Assembly (NCBI GenBank): GCA_965215505.1
Contig: OZ244065.1
Span: forward strand, 3,968,001-4,032,000
Reading direction: 5' to 3'
DNA: 64,000 bases
Origin: Capsulimonadaceae bacterium
GTDB taxonomy: Bacteria; Armatimonadota; Armatimonadia; Armatimonadales; Capsulimonadaceae
The translations under genes were made by a program, and so were the position numbers. Each line of letters begins with the position of its first letter. The first letter of the stretch is position 1. The notes below the pieces were generated by a model. The model was not told the DNA's origin, made no database searches, and saw only the letters and a list, made by a program, of their open reading frames with translations. Of the stretch, positions 9,248-17,809 are shown one piece after another.

Positions 9248-9994
9248 ATGCCACTCCTGATGACCACCGACGGTCTCCGCCAGGCGGCACTGCCGACCAG
9301 CGGGTACGGCTACTCGGCCACCCGGCTCGACGACCTGGGGGCCGCCGAGTACACCCTCGTCTCCATCGTGTGCGATGCCAGCGGCAGCGTCGCCGCCTTC
9401 CGGGGCGAACTGGAGCAGGCCTTGAAGAGCATCGTCCAGGCCTGCCGCCTCAGCCCGCGCGCCGACAACCTCCTGCTGCGGCTGGTTTCGTTCGACGACA
9501 CCCTGAAGGAGCTGCACGGGTTCAAGCTGCTGGAACGGTGTAACCTCGCCGACTACGACGGCGTCCTGCGGGCCGGCGGCACGACCGCCCTCTACGATGC
9601 CGCCGAGAATGCCGTCAGCGCCACGACCGACTACGCCCGGCGTCTCGGCGCGAGCGACTTCGCCGCCAACGCCCTCGTGTTCGTCCTGACCGACGGCATG
9701 GACAACGCCTCCACGCTGACCGCGCGGAACGTCAAGGCGGCGCTGGGGCGGGCCGTCGCCGAGGAGGCCCTGGAGTCCTTCCTGTCGGTCCTGATTGGCG
9801 TCAACGTCGCAGGCCGGGCGGTCGGCGGCTACTTGCAGGACTTCAAGACGGACGTCGGCTTCACGCAGTACGTCGAGATCGGCAAGGCCGACGCCAAAAC
9901 GCTGTCGAGGCTGGCCGACTTCGTCTCGCGCAGCATCAGCGCCCAGAGCAAGTCCCTCGGCACCGGCGGCGGCTCGGCCTCGCTGACGTTTTAG
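9248..9994 (+). CDS. von Willebrand factor A (TerY-like) protein
   Basis: MIDAS motif DASGS, GGTTALYDA, VLTDGMDN; AAAGGA RBS. Confidence 0.85.
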   Translation: MPLLMTTDGLRQAALPTSGYGYSATRLDDLGAAEYTLVSIVCDASGSVAAFRGELEQALKSIVQACRLSPRADNLLLRLVSFDDTLKELHGFKLLERCNLADYDGVLRAGGTTALYDAAENAVSATTDYARRLGASDFAANALVFVLTDGMDNASTLTARNVKAALGRAVAEEALESFLSVLIGVNVAGRAVGGYLQDFKTDVGFTQYVEIGKADAKTLSRLADFVSRSISAQSKSLGTGGGSASLTF

Positions 9995-10010
9995 GGAAGG
10001 CAGCGGGGCC

Positions 10011-10844
10011 ATGAACAGCGACTGTGCGTTCGCCATCGGCAGGACCCACCGCGTGTGCCAGGACTATGCCGTCGCCGGCACGGGGGCTGGGGGCGGAAGT
10101 GCCTTCGTCCTCCTGGCCGACGGCTGCTCCTCCTCGCCCGACTCGGACGTCGGGGCGCGGCTGCTGGTCAAGGCGGCTCAGTGCCTCCGGCCCGGCCCGT
10201 CCGCCACTGCCGCCGAGTGGGACGCTTATCACGAGGCGGCTGTTCGCCGCGCCGCCGGGGCGGCTCAAAGCCTGGACCTGCGCCCGGACTGCCTGGACGC
10301 GACCCTGCTGACCCTCACGGCGGCGGGCGGCGCGTTCGCGGCCTGCTGTCATGGGGATGGCGTGGTCGCATTGGGGCGGCATGACGGGCGGCTTGAGGTC
10401 CATGCCGTCTCCTACGCGGCCTCCTACCCCGGCTATCCCTCCTACCGGCTGGACACGGCCCGGCAGTGCCAGTGGGAGGCGCAGCCGGGCAACGAGAAGC
10501 GCGTGACGCGCTGGGTGCTGGGCGAAGACGGCGCGGCGGAAGAAACCGCCTGCCTCAGCCACCGCCCTTACGAACTTTGGGCGGGCACCGCGGACGAGTA
10601 CCGTTTCGCCGCCGTCCTCAGCGACGGCGTCCAGTCCTTCACCGAGACGTGCGAGACGGACACCTCCCGGTCGCCGCGCTCCGTCCCCCTGGCCGAAACT
10701 CTGCCCTCCCTGCTCGCCTTCAAGGGCAGCCGGGGCCAGTTCGTCCAGCGCCGCGTCACGGCCTTCTTCAAAGACTGCGCCGCGCGCCGCCGACAGCACG
10801 GCGACGACTTTTCGCTTGGCGTGGTGTGGCTGGAACCTTCGTAG
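10011..10844 (+). CDS. PP2C-family protein phosphatase (PP2C_2 type)
   Basis: GRTH..CQDY, LADGCSS, HGDG, LSDG, HGDDFS. Confidence 0.85.
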   Translation: MNSDCAFAIGRTHRVCQDYAVAGTGAGGGSAFVLLADGCSSSPDSDVGARLLVKAAQCLRPGPSATAAEWDAYHEAAVRRAAGAAQSLDLRPDCLDATLLTLTAAGGAFAACCHGDGVVALGRHDGRLEVHAVSYAASYPGYPSYRLDTARQCQWEAQPGNEKRVTRWVLGEDGAAEETACLSHRPYELWAGTADEYRFAAVLSDGVQSFTETCETDTSRSPRSVPLAETLPSLLAFKGSRGQFVQRRVTAFFKDCAARRRQHGDDFSLGVVWLEPS

Positions 10845-10869
10845 GGGCGCCGCTTGCCGCGCCCCCTAC
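10841..10869. repeat. GTAG-type REP palindrome
   Basis: GTAGGGGCGCCGCTTGCCGCGCCCCCTAC; similar at 4479 and 36058. Confidence 0.65.
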
Positions 10870-10899
10870 ACAGAATAGCGGCGATCAGGAGACAACCCG

Positions 10900-12564
10900 A
10901 TGGACGTGTATGTACAAGGGAGAAAAGTGCGGCTCACCCAGGCCGAGTTCAAGGCGCAGGGCGGGCAGGGCGCGGTCTACGTCAAGGACAAGACCGCCTA
11001 CAAGATCTACGCCGACCCGGCCCAGATGATCCCGTCCGCCAAGATCGCCGCCCTGTCCGCGCTGACCCTGCCGGACATCATCCGGCCCCAGGACGTACTC
11101 CTGGACGCCCGCCGCGCCCCAATCGGCTACACCATGCCCAGCGTGGCTGATGGAATCGTGCTGTGCCAGACGTTTCCCAAGACGTTCCGCCAGCGCGAAG
11201 GTCTAACGCCCGATCTTACGCTCGGCCTGGTGCGCCGGCTTCAAGAAGGCGTCGCGCACGTCCACGCGCAGGGTATTCTCATCGTGGACCTGAACGAGAT
11301 GAACTTCCTCGTAGACCCCGCCTTCGGGCGCGTCTACTTCCTGGATGTGGACAGCTACCAGACGCCCGGCTTCGCCGCCACCGCCCTAATGGAGAGCGTC
11401 CGGGACCGGCACGCGGCGGCCTGGAACGAGGGCACGGACTGGTTCTCGTTCGCCGTCGTCTCGTTCCAGATGTTCGTCGGCATCCACCCCTACAAGGGCA
11501 AGCATCCCACTTTGAAGACCCTGGACGAGCGCATGGCGCACAACGTCTCCGTCCTGAACCCGGACGTGTCCGTCCCCGCCGCCTGCCTGCCCTTCGACGT
11601 CATCCCGCATTGCTGGCGCGACTGGTATCACGCCGTTTTAGACTGCGGCCAGCGCCTCCCGCCCCCACGCGACTTGGTCGCCGCCGTCATCGCGCTGCCC
11701 GTGCGAGTGAACCGGCAGGCGGGCAGTGGCCTGTTCCGCATCGAGCATCGCCTGGACTGCGACGGCGCGATTATCTCCTTCACAGCGGGCGTCGTCGTGA
11801 CCACGGAGGCCGTCTACCTCAATGGCCGCCGCCATGCGGACGCCGCGCCGGGGACGAAGATCGGCCTGACGACGCCCGGCGGTCTGCCCGTCGCCGCCCG
11901 GCTGGAGAATGGCCGTGTGCATCTGCTCGACCTGACGCGCAGCCAATCCATCCCCTGCGACATCGCCGCCGAACAGCTCACGGCGGCTGAGGGCCGGCTG
12001 CACGTCAAGCATGGCGCGGCCCTGGTCGAGATCGGTTTCTTGGAGTTGCCCGGCCGCCTTCTGCCCCAGGTCAAGACCGTCGGGGCCGTCTTGGAGAACG
12101 CGACGCAGCTCTTCGAGGGCGTCGCTTTGCAAAGCCTGCTCGGGACCTGGTACGCTTCGCTCCTGGCCGCGCCGGGCCGGTGCCATCAAGTGCGGCTGGC
12201 CGAACTCGACGGCGCACAGGTTTTGGACGCCAAACTTCAAGGCGGCGTCCTGATGGTGACGGCGGCCCGCGCGGGCCGCTACGAGAAGCTGATCTTCCGG
12301 TTCGATGCCGACTACGCCTCTTATGACGTTCGCGTCGTCCCCGACATCGCCGTGACCGGCCTGAACTTCGTCGTGCTGGCCCACGGCGTCTGCCTGCACC
12401 TGAACGACCGGGACGAGCTGGAAATCTTCCCGGCCCGGAAAGGTGCGGCGGGCCTGAAGGTCATCGCCGACCCCGCATTGGGCGGCGACTGCCTGCTGCT
12501 CCACGACGGCCCACAGGCATTGCTGGCGCGCGGCGGCGCGCTGTTTGGGTTTGCGATGAAGTAG
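10900..12564 (+). CDS. Ser/Thr kinase-like protein (TerY-P kinase type) with long uncharacterised C-terminal region
   Basis: GGQGAVY, AYKIY, IVDLNEMNFL, FLDVDSYQ, TDWFSFAV, HPYKG. Confidence 0.82.
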   Translation: MDVYVQGRKVRLTQAEFKAQGGQGAVYVKDKTAYKIYADPAQMIPSAKIAALSALTLPDIIRPQDVLLDARRAPIGYTMPSVADGIVLCQTFPKTFRQREGLTPDLTLGLVRRLQEGVAHVHAQGILIVDLNEMNFLVDPAFGRVYFLDVDSYQTPGFAATALMESVRDRHAAAWNEGTDWFSFAVVSFQMFVGIHPYKGKHPTLKTLDERMAHNVSVLNPDVSVPAACLPFDVIPHCWRDWYHAVLDCGQRLPPPRDLVAAVIALPVRVNRQAGSGLFRIEHRLDCDGAIISFTAGVVVTTEAVYLNGRRHADAAPGTKIGLTTPGGLPVAARLENGRVHLLDLTRSQSIPCDIAAEQLTAAEGRLHVKHGAALVEIGFLELPGRLLPQVKTVGAVLENATQLFEGVALQSLLGTWYASLLAAPGRCHQVRLAELDGAQVLDAKLQGGVLMVTAARAGRYEKLIFRFDADYASYDVRVVPDIAVTGLNFVVLAHGVCLHLNDRDELEIFPARKGAAGLKVIADPALGGDCLLLHDGPQALLARGGALFGFAMK

Positions 12565-12569
12565 GCCTC

Positions 12570-12690
12570 GCCACGGGGCTGAACCCCCGTGCTGTAGAAG
12601 TGCAAGCCCCGAGGGTAAGGGCGAAGAATTCTGGATGTCCGCGAAGGCGGAGATTTGCTTTACCGAAGCACGGGGGTTCAGCCCCGTGGC
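12570..12690. repeat. REPIN-like element, family B
   Basis: Same arms as 9092-9223. Confidence 0.88.
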
Positions 12691-12729
12691 AAGTGCCTCT
12701 TTCGGGTAAACTGCCTCCAAAGGAACGCC

Positions 12730-13914
12730 ATGATCATCCAATCCCTGCTAGACAGCGACCTTTACAAGCACACGATGCAACTCGTCGTCTGGAACCAGTT
12801 CCCGAACGTGCCGGTCGAATACGCCTTCCAATGCCGGACGAAGGGCGTGGACCTTTCGCCCTATGCCGACGAGATCCGCGCGGAGCTGGCCGCCTTCTGC
12901 GGCCTGCAACTGACCGAAGGCGAAGCGAAATACCTGAAAGGCATCCGGTTCCTCAAGCACGGCTACGTTGACGCGCTTGCCGACCTGCGGCTCTGTGCGG
13001 ACCATGTCACGATTACTGTCCGCCCCGATGCGCCGCCGGAGCAGCGGCTTCAGGTGCAGATCAAGGGCAACTGGTTCCAGACCATTCTGTTTGAGGTGCC
13101 GCTCCTCGCCATCATCAACGAGGTCTATTTCCGGCACACGCAGCCGGACGACGCCGCCAACCGGGCGGAGGGAATGCGGCGGCTGGAGGCCAAGATCGCC
13201 CGGCTCCAATCGGCCGACGTGCCCGTGCCGCTGATTGACTTCGGCACGCGCCGCCGCTACCGGGGGGACTGGCACCGGACCGTTGTCGCCACCCTCAAAG
13301 AACGGCTCGGGCAACAGTTTCTTGGCACAAGCAACGTCGCCCTGGCCCGCGAGCTGGGCCTAAAGCCGCACGGGACGATGGCCCATGAGTTCTTGCAGGC
13401 GTGCCAGGCGCTCGTCGCCCTGCCGGACTTCCAGCGCTTCGCCTTCGACACCTGGATGCAGGAGTATCGGGGCGACCTGGGCATCGCGCTGTCCGACGTG
13501 GTGGGTATGGATGCCTTTTTGCGCGACTTCGATAAGCTGTTCTGCAAGGCCTACGACGGCTGCCGCCACGACTCGGGCGACCCCTACGAGTGGGGCGAGA
13601 AGCTGATCAAGCACTACGAAAGCATGGGGATTGACCCGAAAACCAAGTCCGCCGTCTTCAGCGACAGTTTGGACGTGGAGAAGGCCGTCGCCCTGGCCGA
13701 GCGGTTTGAGGGGCGGCTGCGGTCGTCGTTTGGCATCGGGACGTTTTTGACCAACGACATGGGCTTCGCGCCGCTGTCCATCGTCATCAAGATGGTCCGC
13801 TGCAACGGCCGCCCCGTCGCCAAACTCAGCGACAGCCCCGGCAAGGCCATGTGCCACGATGATGTCTATCTCGCCTATCTGCGTGAGATCTTCTATTCCC
13901 AGAAAGCCGAGTGA
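12730..13914 (+). CDS. pncB: Nicotinate phosphoribosyltransferase
   Basis: SLLDSDLYK, DFGTRRR, GTSNV, GTMAHE, RHDSGDP, FSDSL, KLSDSPGK. Confidence 0.95.
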   Translation: MIIQSLLDSDLYKHTMQLVVWNQFPNVPVEYAFQCRTKGVDLSPYADEIRAELAAFCGLQLTEGEAKYLKGIRFLKHGYVDALADLRLCADHVTITVRPDAPPEQRLQVQIKGNWFQTILFEVPLLAIINEVYFRHTQPDDAANRAEGMRRLEAKIARLQSADVPVPLIDFGTRRRYRGDWHRTVVATLKERLGQQFLGTSNVALARELGLKPHGTMAHEFLQACQALVALPDFQRFAFDTWMQEYRGDLGIALSDVVGMDAFLRDFDKLFCKAYDGCRHDSGDPYEWGEKLIKHYESMGIDPKTKSAVFSDSLDVEKAVALAERFEGRLRSSFGIGTFLTNDMGFAPLSIVIKMVRCNGRPVAKLSDSPGKAMCHDDVYLAYLREIFYSQKAE

Positions 13915-14558
13915 TGTTTATGCAGTTCGACCTACAAGGTGTGGACAAGTCCCAGGCCTACCGTCTGCTGGCGAGTGTGGTCGTCCCGCGCCCCATCGCC
14001 CTGGTCACGACAGTGGGCGCTGACGGCACCGTCAACGCCGCCCCGTTTTCCTTCTTCAACCTGCTCGGCTCCTCCCCGCCCGTCGTCGCGCTCGGCATCG
14101 CGAACCGGGACGCGGACACGCCCAAGGACACCCGCGCCAACATCGAGCGGACGGGGGAGTTCGTGGTCAACCTCGTCGGCGAGGCGCTGGCCGACGCGAT
14201 GAACGTCTGCGGCATTGACTTCCCTGAAGGCGTCAGCGAACTTGCCGCCGCCCGGCTGACGACCCTGCCGTCCGCCTCGGTGTCTGTCCCGCGCCTGGCC
14301 GAGTCCGACGTGCATCTGGAATGCCGCCTGCACTCGGTCGTCCCCATCGGCGACAACCGGATCGTGCTGGCCGAGGTCGTCCGCCTGCACGTCCGCGACG
14401 AGTTCATGGACCGGGACACCCTGCGCGTCCGCACCGAGGCCCTGCACCTGATCGGCCGGATGCACGGCGGCGGCTGGTACGCCCGCACTGCCGACCTGTT
14501 CGACCTGGCGCGCATCCCGTACAAGGAGTGGCAGGAGCAGGAGAGACGCGGTGCATAG
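13914..14558 (+). CDS. Flavin reductase-like (DIM6/NTAB) family protein
   Basis: VVPRPIALVTT, NAAPFSFFN, KDTRANI, IGRMHGGGWY. Confidence 0.9.
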   Translation: MFMQFDLQGVDKSQAYRLLASVVVPRPIALVTTVGADGTVNAAPFSFFNLLGSSPPVVALGIANRDADTPKDTRANIERTGEFVVNLVGEALADAMNVCGIDFPEGVSELAAARLTTLPSASVSVPRLAESDVHLECRLHSVVPIGDNRIVLAEVVRLHVRDEFMDRDTLRVRTEALHLIGRMHGGGWYARTADLFDLARIPYKEWQEQERRGA

Positions 14559-14799
14559 GCAGGATGGTCAGTCCCGGCCATAGATGACCGGTCTAGTCCC
14601 GGCTCCGCCGGTGGGCCGCCCCTTCGGGGCTTCGGAGGGCATTGTTCGGAGGGCATTGCAGGGGCGCGATTTATCGCGTCCTCTCTTCGTATCGCGCCCT
14701 CTTCTCCCCTCTGCGCCCTTTCGAAAATCCCGAAGGGCCGGGCCACACTTTTTGATCGGTTTGCCTGTTCGGGTGTCCATTATACAGTGGGAGGCCGAA

Positions 14800-15966
14800 G
14801 TGGAAGACCAGCGACTACTTGCGCGATTTGTCGAGGAAGGTTCCCAGGCGGCGTTCGCCCGGCTGGTGGAGCGCCACCGGGACCTCGTCTACAGCACATG
14901 TCGGCGGGAACTCGGGGACAGTGGCCTGGCGGAAGACGCCGCCCAGATCGTTTTCCTCATCCTCGCTCGGAAGGCACGATCGCTCCGGCGTGAGGTCGTC
15001 CTGAGCGGGTGGCTGTTCCAGACGGCTAGGTTCACGGCGAAGGACCTGCTGAAGCGTGAGAACCGACGCAGGGTGCGCGACGAGAGGGTGGAGGCGGAGG
15101 CAATGAGTCTCGCGGGGCAGGAGCAGGAGGCGGGCTGGCGGGAGGTCTCCCCCTGGCTGCATGAAAGCCTGGCGCGACTCAGCGAGAAGGACCGCCTCGC
15201 CGTACTCCTGCGCTTCTTCGAGGACCAGAGTTTTGCCGAGGTCGCGCTGGCGCTGGGGCAGAAGGAAGACGCGGCCCGCCACCGCGTCAACCGTGCCCTG
15301 GAAAAGATGCGCCGGACGCTGTCCGCGCGTGGCGTGGTTCTCTCCGCCGCCGCGCTCGGCGGCCTGATCGCCGCCAATGCGGTCAAGCCACCGCCAGCCT
15401 CCGCCTCAGTGATGCCGACCTTCGTGCCGTCCGGCGCTTCCACTCCCGGCATCTCCCGCCTTCAGCATCTCACAAGAGGAGTCTCACAAGCCATGACACT
15501 GAAACAGAACCTCGCCGCCGGTGCGGCCGTCGTCTTCACATGCATCACGCTAGGGGCCGGCGCGGGGCTGGCGAAGAACACGCATCCTGTGGCGGTCCCG
15601 CCCTCGCCTCCCGCCCCGCCCGCACACGCAGCCCCTGAAAGCGAGAAGATTTTCGGCACCTGGACCAGTTACGTTCAGGGACATCCGAAGCAGACGCAGG
15701 TCCTCCGGTTCAACCGGGACGGCACCTTTCGGCAAGACCTGAACGCGGCGGGGACCGCCTTCTGCACCGGCCATTTCGTCGTCAAGAACGATCTACTGAC
15801 TATCACGGCCGAAACCGTGACGGTTAAAGGAAAATCTTCCCCGGTGCTGCCACAAGAGGTGGGAGCAACGGCGGGTAAACTCTCCTACCAAGGCAGCACC
15901 ATCCTCTGGGATACGTCCTCCGGAGGAACCCCATTCAAGAACGTCTTTGTGCGCCGGAAGGCGTAA
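14800..15966 (+). CDS. ECF sigma-70 factor with C-terminal TM helix and extracytoplasmic extension
   Basis: AFARLVERH, AEDAAQIVF, GWLFQTAR (sigma2); LLRFFEDQSFAEVA (sigma4); GGAGG before GTG 14800. Confidence 0.88.
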   Translation: MEDQRLLARFVEEGSQAAFARLVERHRDLVYSTCRRELGDSGLAEDAAQIVFLILARKARSLRREVVLSGWLFQTARFTAKDLLKRENRRRVRDERVEAEAMSLAGQEQEAGWREVSPWLHESLARLSEKDRLAVLLRFFEDQSFAEVALALGQKEDAARHRVNRALEKMRRTLSARGVVLSAAALGGLIAANAVKPPPASASVMPTFVPSGASTPGISRLQHLTRGVSQAMTLKQNLAAGAAVVFTCITLGAGAGLAKNTHPVAVPPSPPAPPAHAAPESEKIFGTWTSYVQGHPKQTQVLRFNRDGTFRQDLNAAGTAFCTGHFVVKNDLLTITAETVTVKGKSSPVLPQEVGATAGKLSYQGSTILWDTSSGGTPFKNVFVRRKA

Positions 15967-16202
15967 ATATCTGCTGGAGGCGGAGTGGGAAAGGGTTTGG
16001 CAGGGGAGCAACATGGGGGAGGCCCGGCGCGTCTGCGCCGGGCCTCTCTGTCGTGTGGTCTTTCTGTTCCGTCGCCCGTGGTCAGATACTCTTGCATCAA
16101 CCCGGAGGATGCTTGACGGTTTCATATGAATGCCCTATAATAGAGGAGGACGGCCCAGGGAAGCGAGCGGGACGCCCATCAGCGAGACAGAGGAGAAAGT
16201 CC

Positions 16203-16784
16203 ATGAAGCGCCCGACGAAGCTGTTCCTTTTTGCGGCCGGTGTCCTGACGCTGCCGGCGCTCTCCGGGTGTGGGGGCGGCGGCTCCGGCACGTCGCCGAA
16301 TGTCCCGGTCACGCCGCTGATCCCCCTGCCGCATTCCGTGTCGGCGGCCCTGTCCGACGGCCTGACCGCGACGGTGGCGGAGGACCGGACGAGCGTTCCC
16401 GTGGGCGGCACGGTCACTTACACGATGACCCTGACCAACAACACGGCCCAGCCGATCACCTTCCAGCCGGTCCAGCCCGACACCTCCCCGGCGGGGGGCG
16501 TCGGGGACCATTTGACCGTCACTGATGTCAAGGCAAACGTCGCGTTCCCGCAGGGGGGGGCGCTGGAAGTCCTCGTCTACGGCAAGGTCACCACGCTGAC
16601 CCCCGGAAACTCCATCTCGGGCACGGTCGTGGTGGGCAGCGACAAATCGCAGGGGCAGCTCTCCGCCGCCGGGCCGTACACCGCCAACGTGAAGTTCACA
16701 GTCACGACGGCGCAGGTTTCCCCCCTGCAAAGCCCGCCGCTGGCGACGGTGACGGTGGGACCGCTGGAAGTGGACGCGCAGTAG
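16203..16784 (+). CDS. Lipoprotein with Ig-like (DUF11-like) domain
   Basis: Lipobox LSGC followed by Gly/Ser linker; GGTVTYTMTLTNN; paralog at 36077-36628. Confidence 0.75.
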   Translation: MKRPTKLFLFAAGVLTLPALSGCGGGGSGTSPNVPVTPLIPLPHSVSAALSDGLTATVAEDRTSVPVGGTVTYTMTLTNNTAQPITFQPVQPDTSPAGGVGDHLTVTDVKANVAFPQGGALEVLVYGKVTTLTPGNSISGTVVVGSDKSQGQLSAAGPYTANVKFTVTTAQVSPLQSPPLATVTVGPLEVDAQ

Positions 16785-16831
16785 AAAGGCACGGCAGCGG
16801 AGGGAGCGCGATGAGTCGCGCCCCCACATCG

Positions 16832-17482
16832 TCAGCCGTCCCCGCGCCCGGCGATCACCCGCCCCAGGGCCAGCGCCTGCACGGACGACGCGCCCGCGTC
16901 CAGCAGCAGCTCGCGGCAGGCGACCAGGGAGGCCCCGCTCTTGGCGATGTCGTCCAGCAGCAGGACCTGCCGACCCTGGATCAAGTGGGCCTCCTCTACC
17001 ACGACGGTCGCGTGGTGCAGGGCGCGCGTGCTGGGGCCGCCGAAGATGATGCGCCGGATGGTCGTGTGGCGCACCAGGCAGGCCGTGGCGTCCACGCGCC
17101 CATGGGCAGCCAAGCGCTGGGCGAGGGTGCGCGTCGGCCAGAAGGCTTGATAGGCGCGGTGGGGCGGCACGGCGGCGAGGGCGATGCCCGGCTCCAAGAG
17201 GGGGTCGAGCTGCTCGAACAGGCGCTTCAAGGGCCACTGACGGCCCGCGTTCAGGGCCGTGAGGAGCCGCGTCCAGTCGGCGTTCCGCGCCACGGCCTGT
17301 GGGTCTGCATCCCCGGCGTCATAGGCGGCTGCGCCCTCGCGGACGACGCGGAGGGCGTCTTTGGCTGCCCGGCCTTGCCCCTGCGGGTAGACGTGGCCCA
17401 GGGTCACGATGCGCGCGGGCCGGTTGAAACGGTCCGCGTCGGGGACAAAGATGTTCGGGGGAGTGTCGGGTTCGTCTGGCAC
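16832..17482 (-). CDS. Type I phosphoribosyltransferase (ComF-like)
   Basis: PRPP-binding loop VLLLDDIAKSGASL; AAVPPH. Confidence 0.75.
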   Translation of the reverse strand: MPDEPDTPPNIFVPDADRFNRPARIVTLGHVYPQGQGRAAKDALRVVREGAAAYDAGDADPQAVARNADWTRLLTALNAGRQWPLKRLFEQLDPLLEPGIALAAVPPHRAYQAFWPTRTLAQRLAAHGRVDATACLVRHTTIRRIIFGGPSTRALHHATVVVEEAHLIQGRQVLLLDDIAKSGASLVACRELLLDAGASSVQALALGRVIAGRGDG

Positions 17483-17552
17483 GATGTGTTCTCGGCGGCG
17501 AAAAATTAAGCGCTTCGGGGCTGATTTGCCGCCCCGCAAGCTCCCGAACGTC

Positions 17553-17581
17553 TTGACAATGCCGGAACGAGCGGGTAGAAT
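17553..17581 (+). promoter_or_regulatory. Sigma70 promoter of tRNA-Leu
   Basis: TTGACA-17bp-TAGAAT. Confidence 0.7.
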
Positions 17582-17617
17582 AGCACTCGTTCCGGCGGAA
17601 ACGCGCGGGACGCCCGT

Positions 17618-17700
17618 GCCGAAGTGGTGAAATGGTATACACGCTGTGTTCAGGTCGCAGTGCTCGCAAGGGCGTGCGAGTTCGAGTCTCGCCTTCGGCA
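17618..17700 (+). tRNA. tRNA-Leu(CAG), CCA not encoded
   Basis: Acceptor stem GCCGAAG/CTTCGGC, anticodon arm CTGTG-TTCAGGT-CGCAG, long variable arm, GCGAG-TTCGAGT-CTCGC T-arm. Confidence 0.95.
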
Positions 17701-17755
17701 GTCCTTCACCTGATTGATGATGTAGATTGAAACCAGAGCAGTTTCAGGACGCTTG

Positions 17756-17795
17756 AAAGCGCCGACGGTCCAAGGTGGATCGTCGGCGCTTTTTT
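17756..17795. terminator. Intrinsic terminator between tRNA and convergent gene
   Basis: AAAGCGCCGACG...CGTCGGCGCTTTTTT. Confidence 0.75.
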
Positions 17796-17809
17796 CTCGG
17801 CTTGCGTCC

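Noticed and set aside
17618-17800. Integrative element at tRNA-Leu
   Set aside because: No integrase and no duplicated tRNA 3' end found by eye in the window
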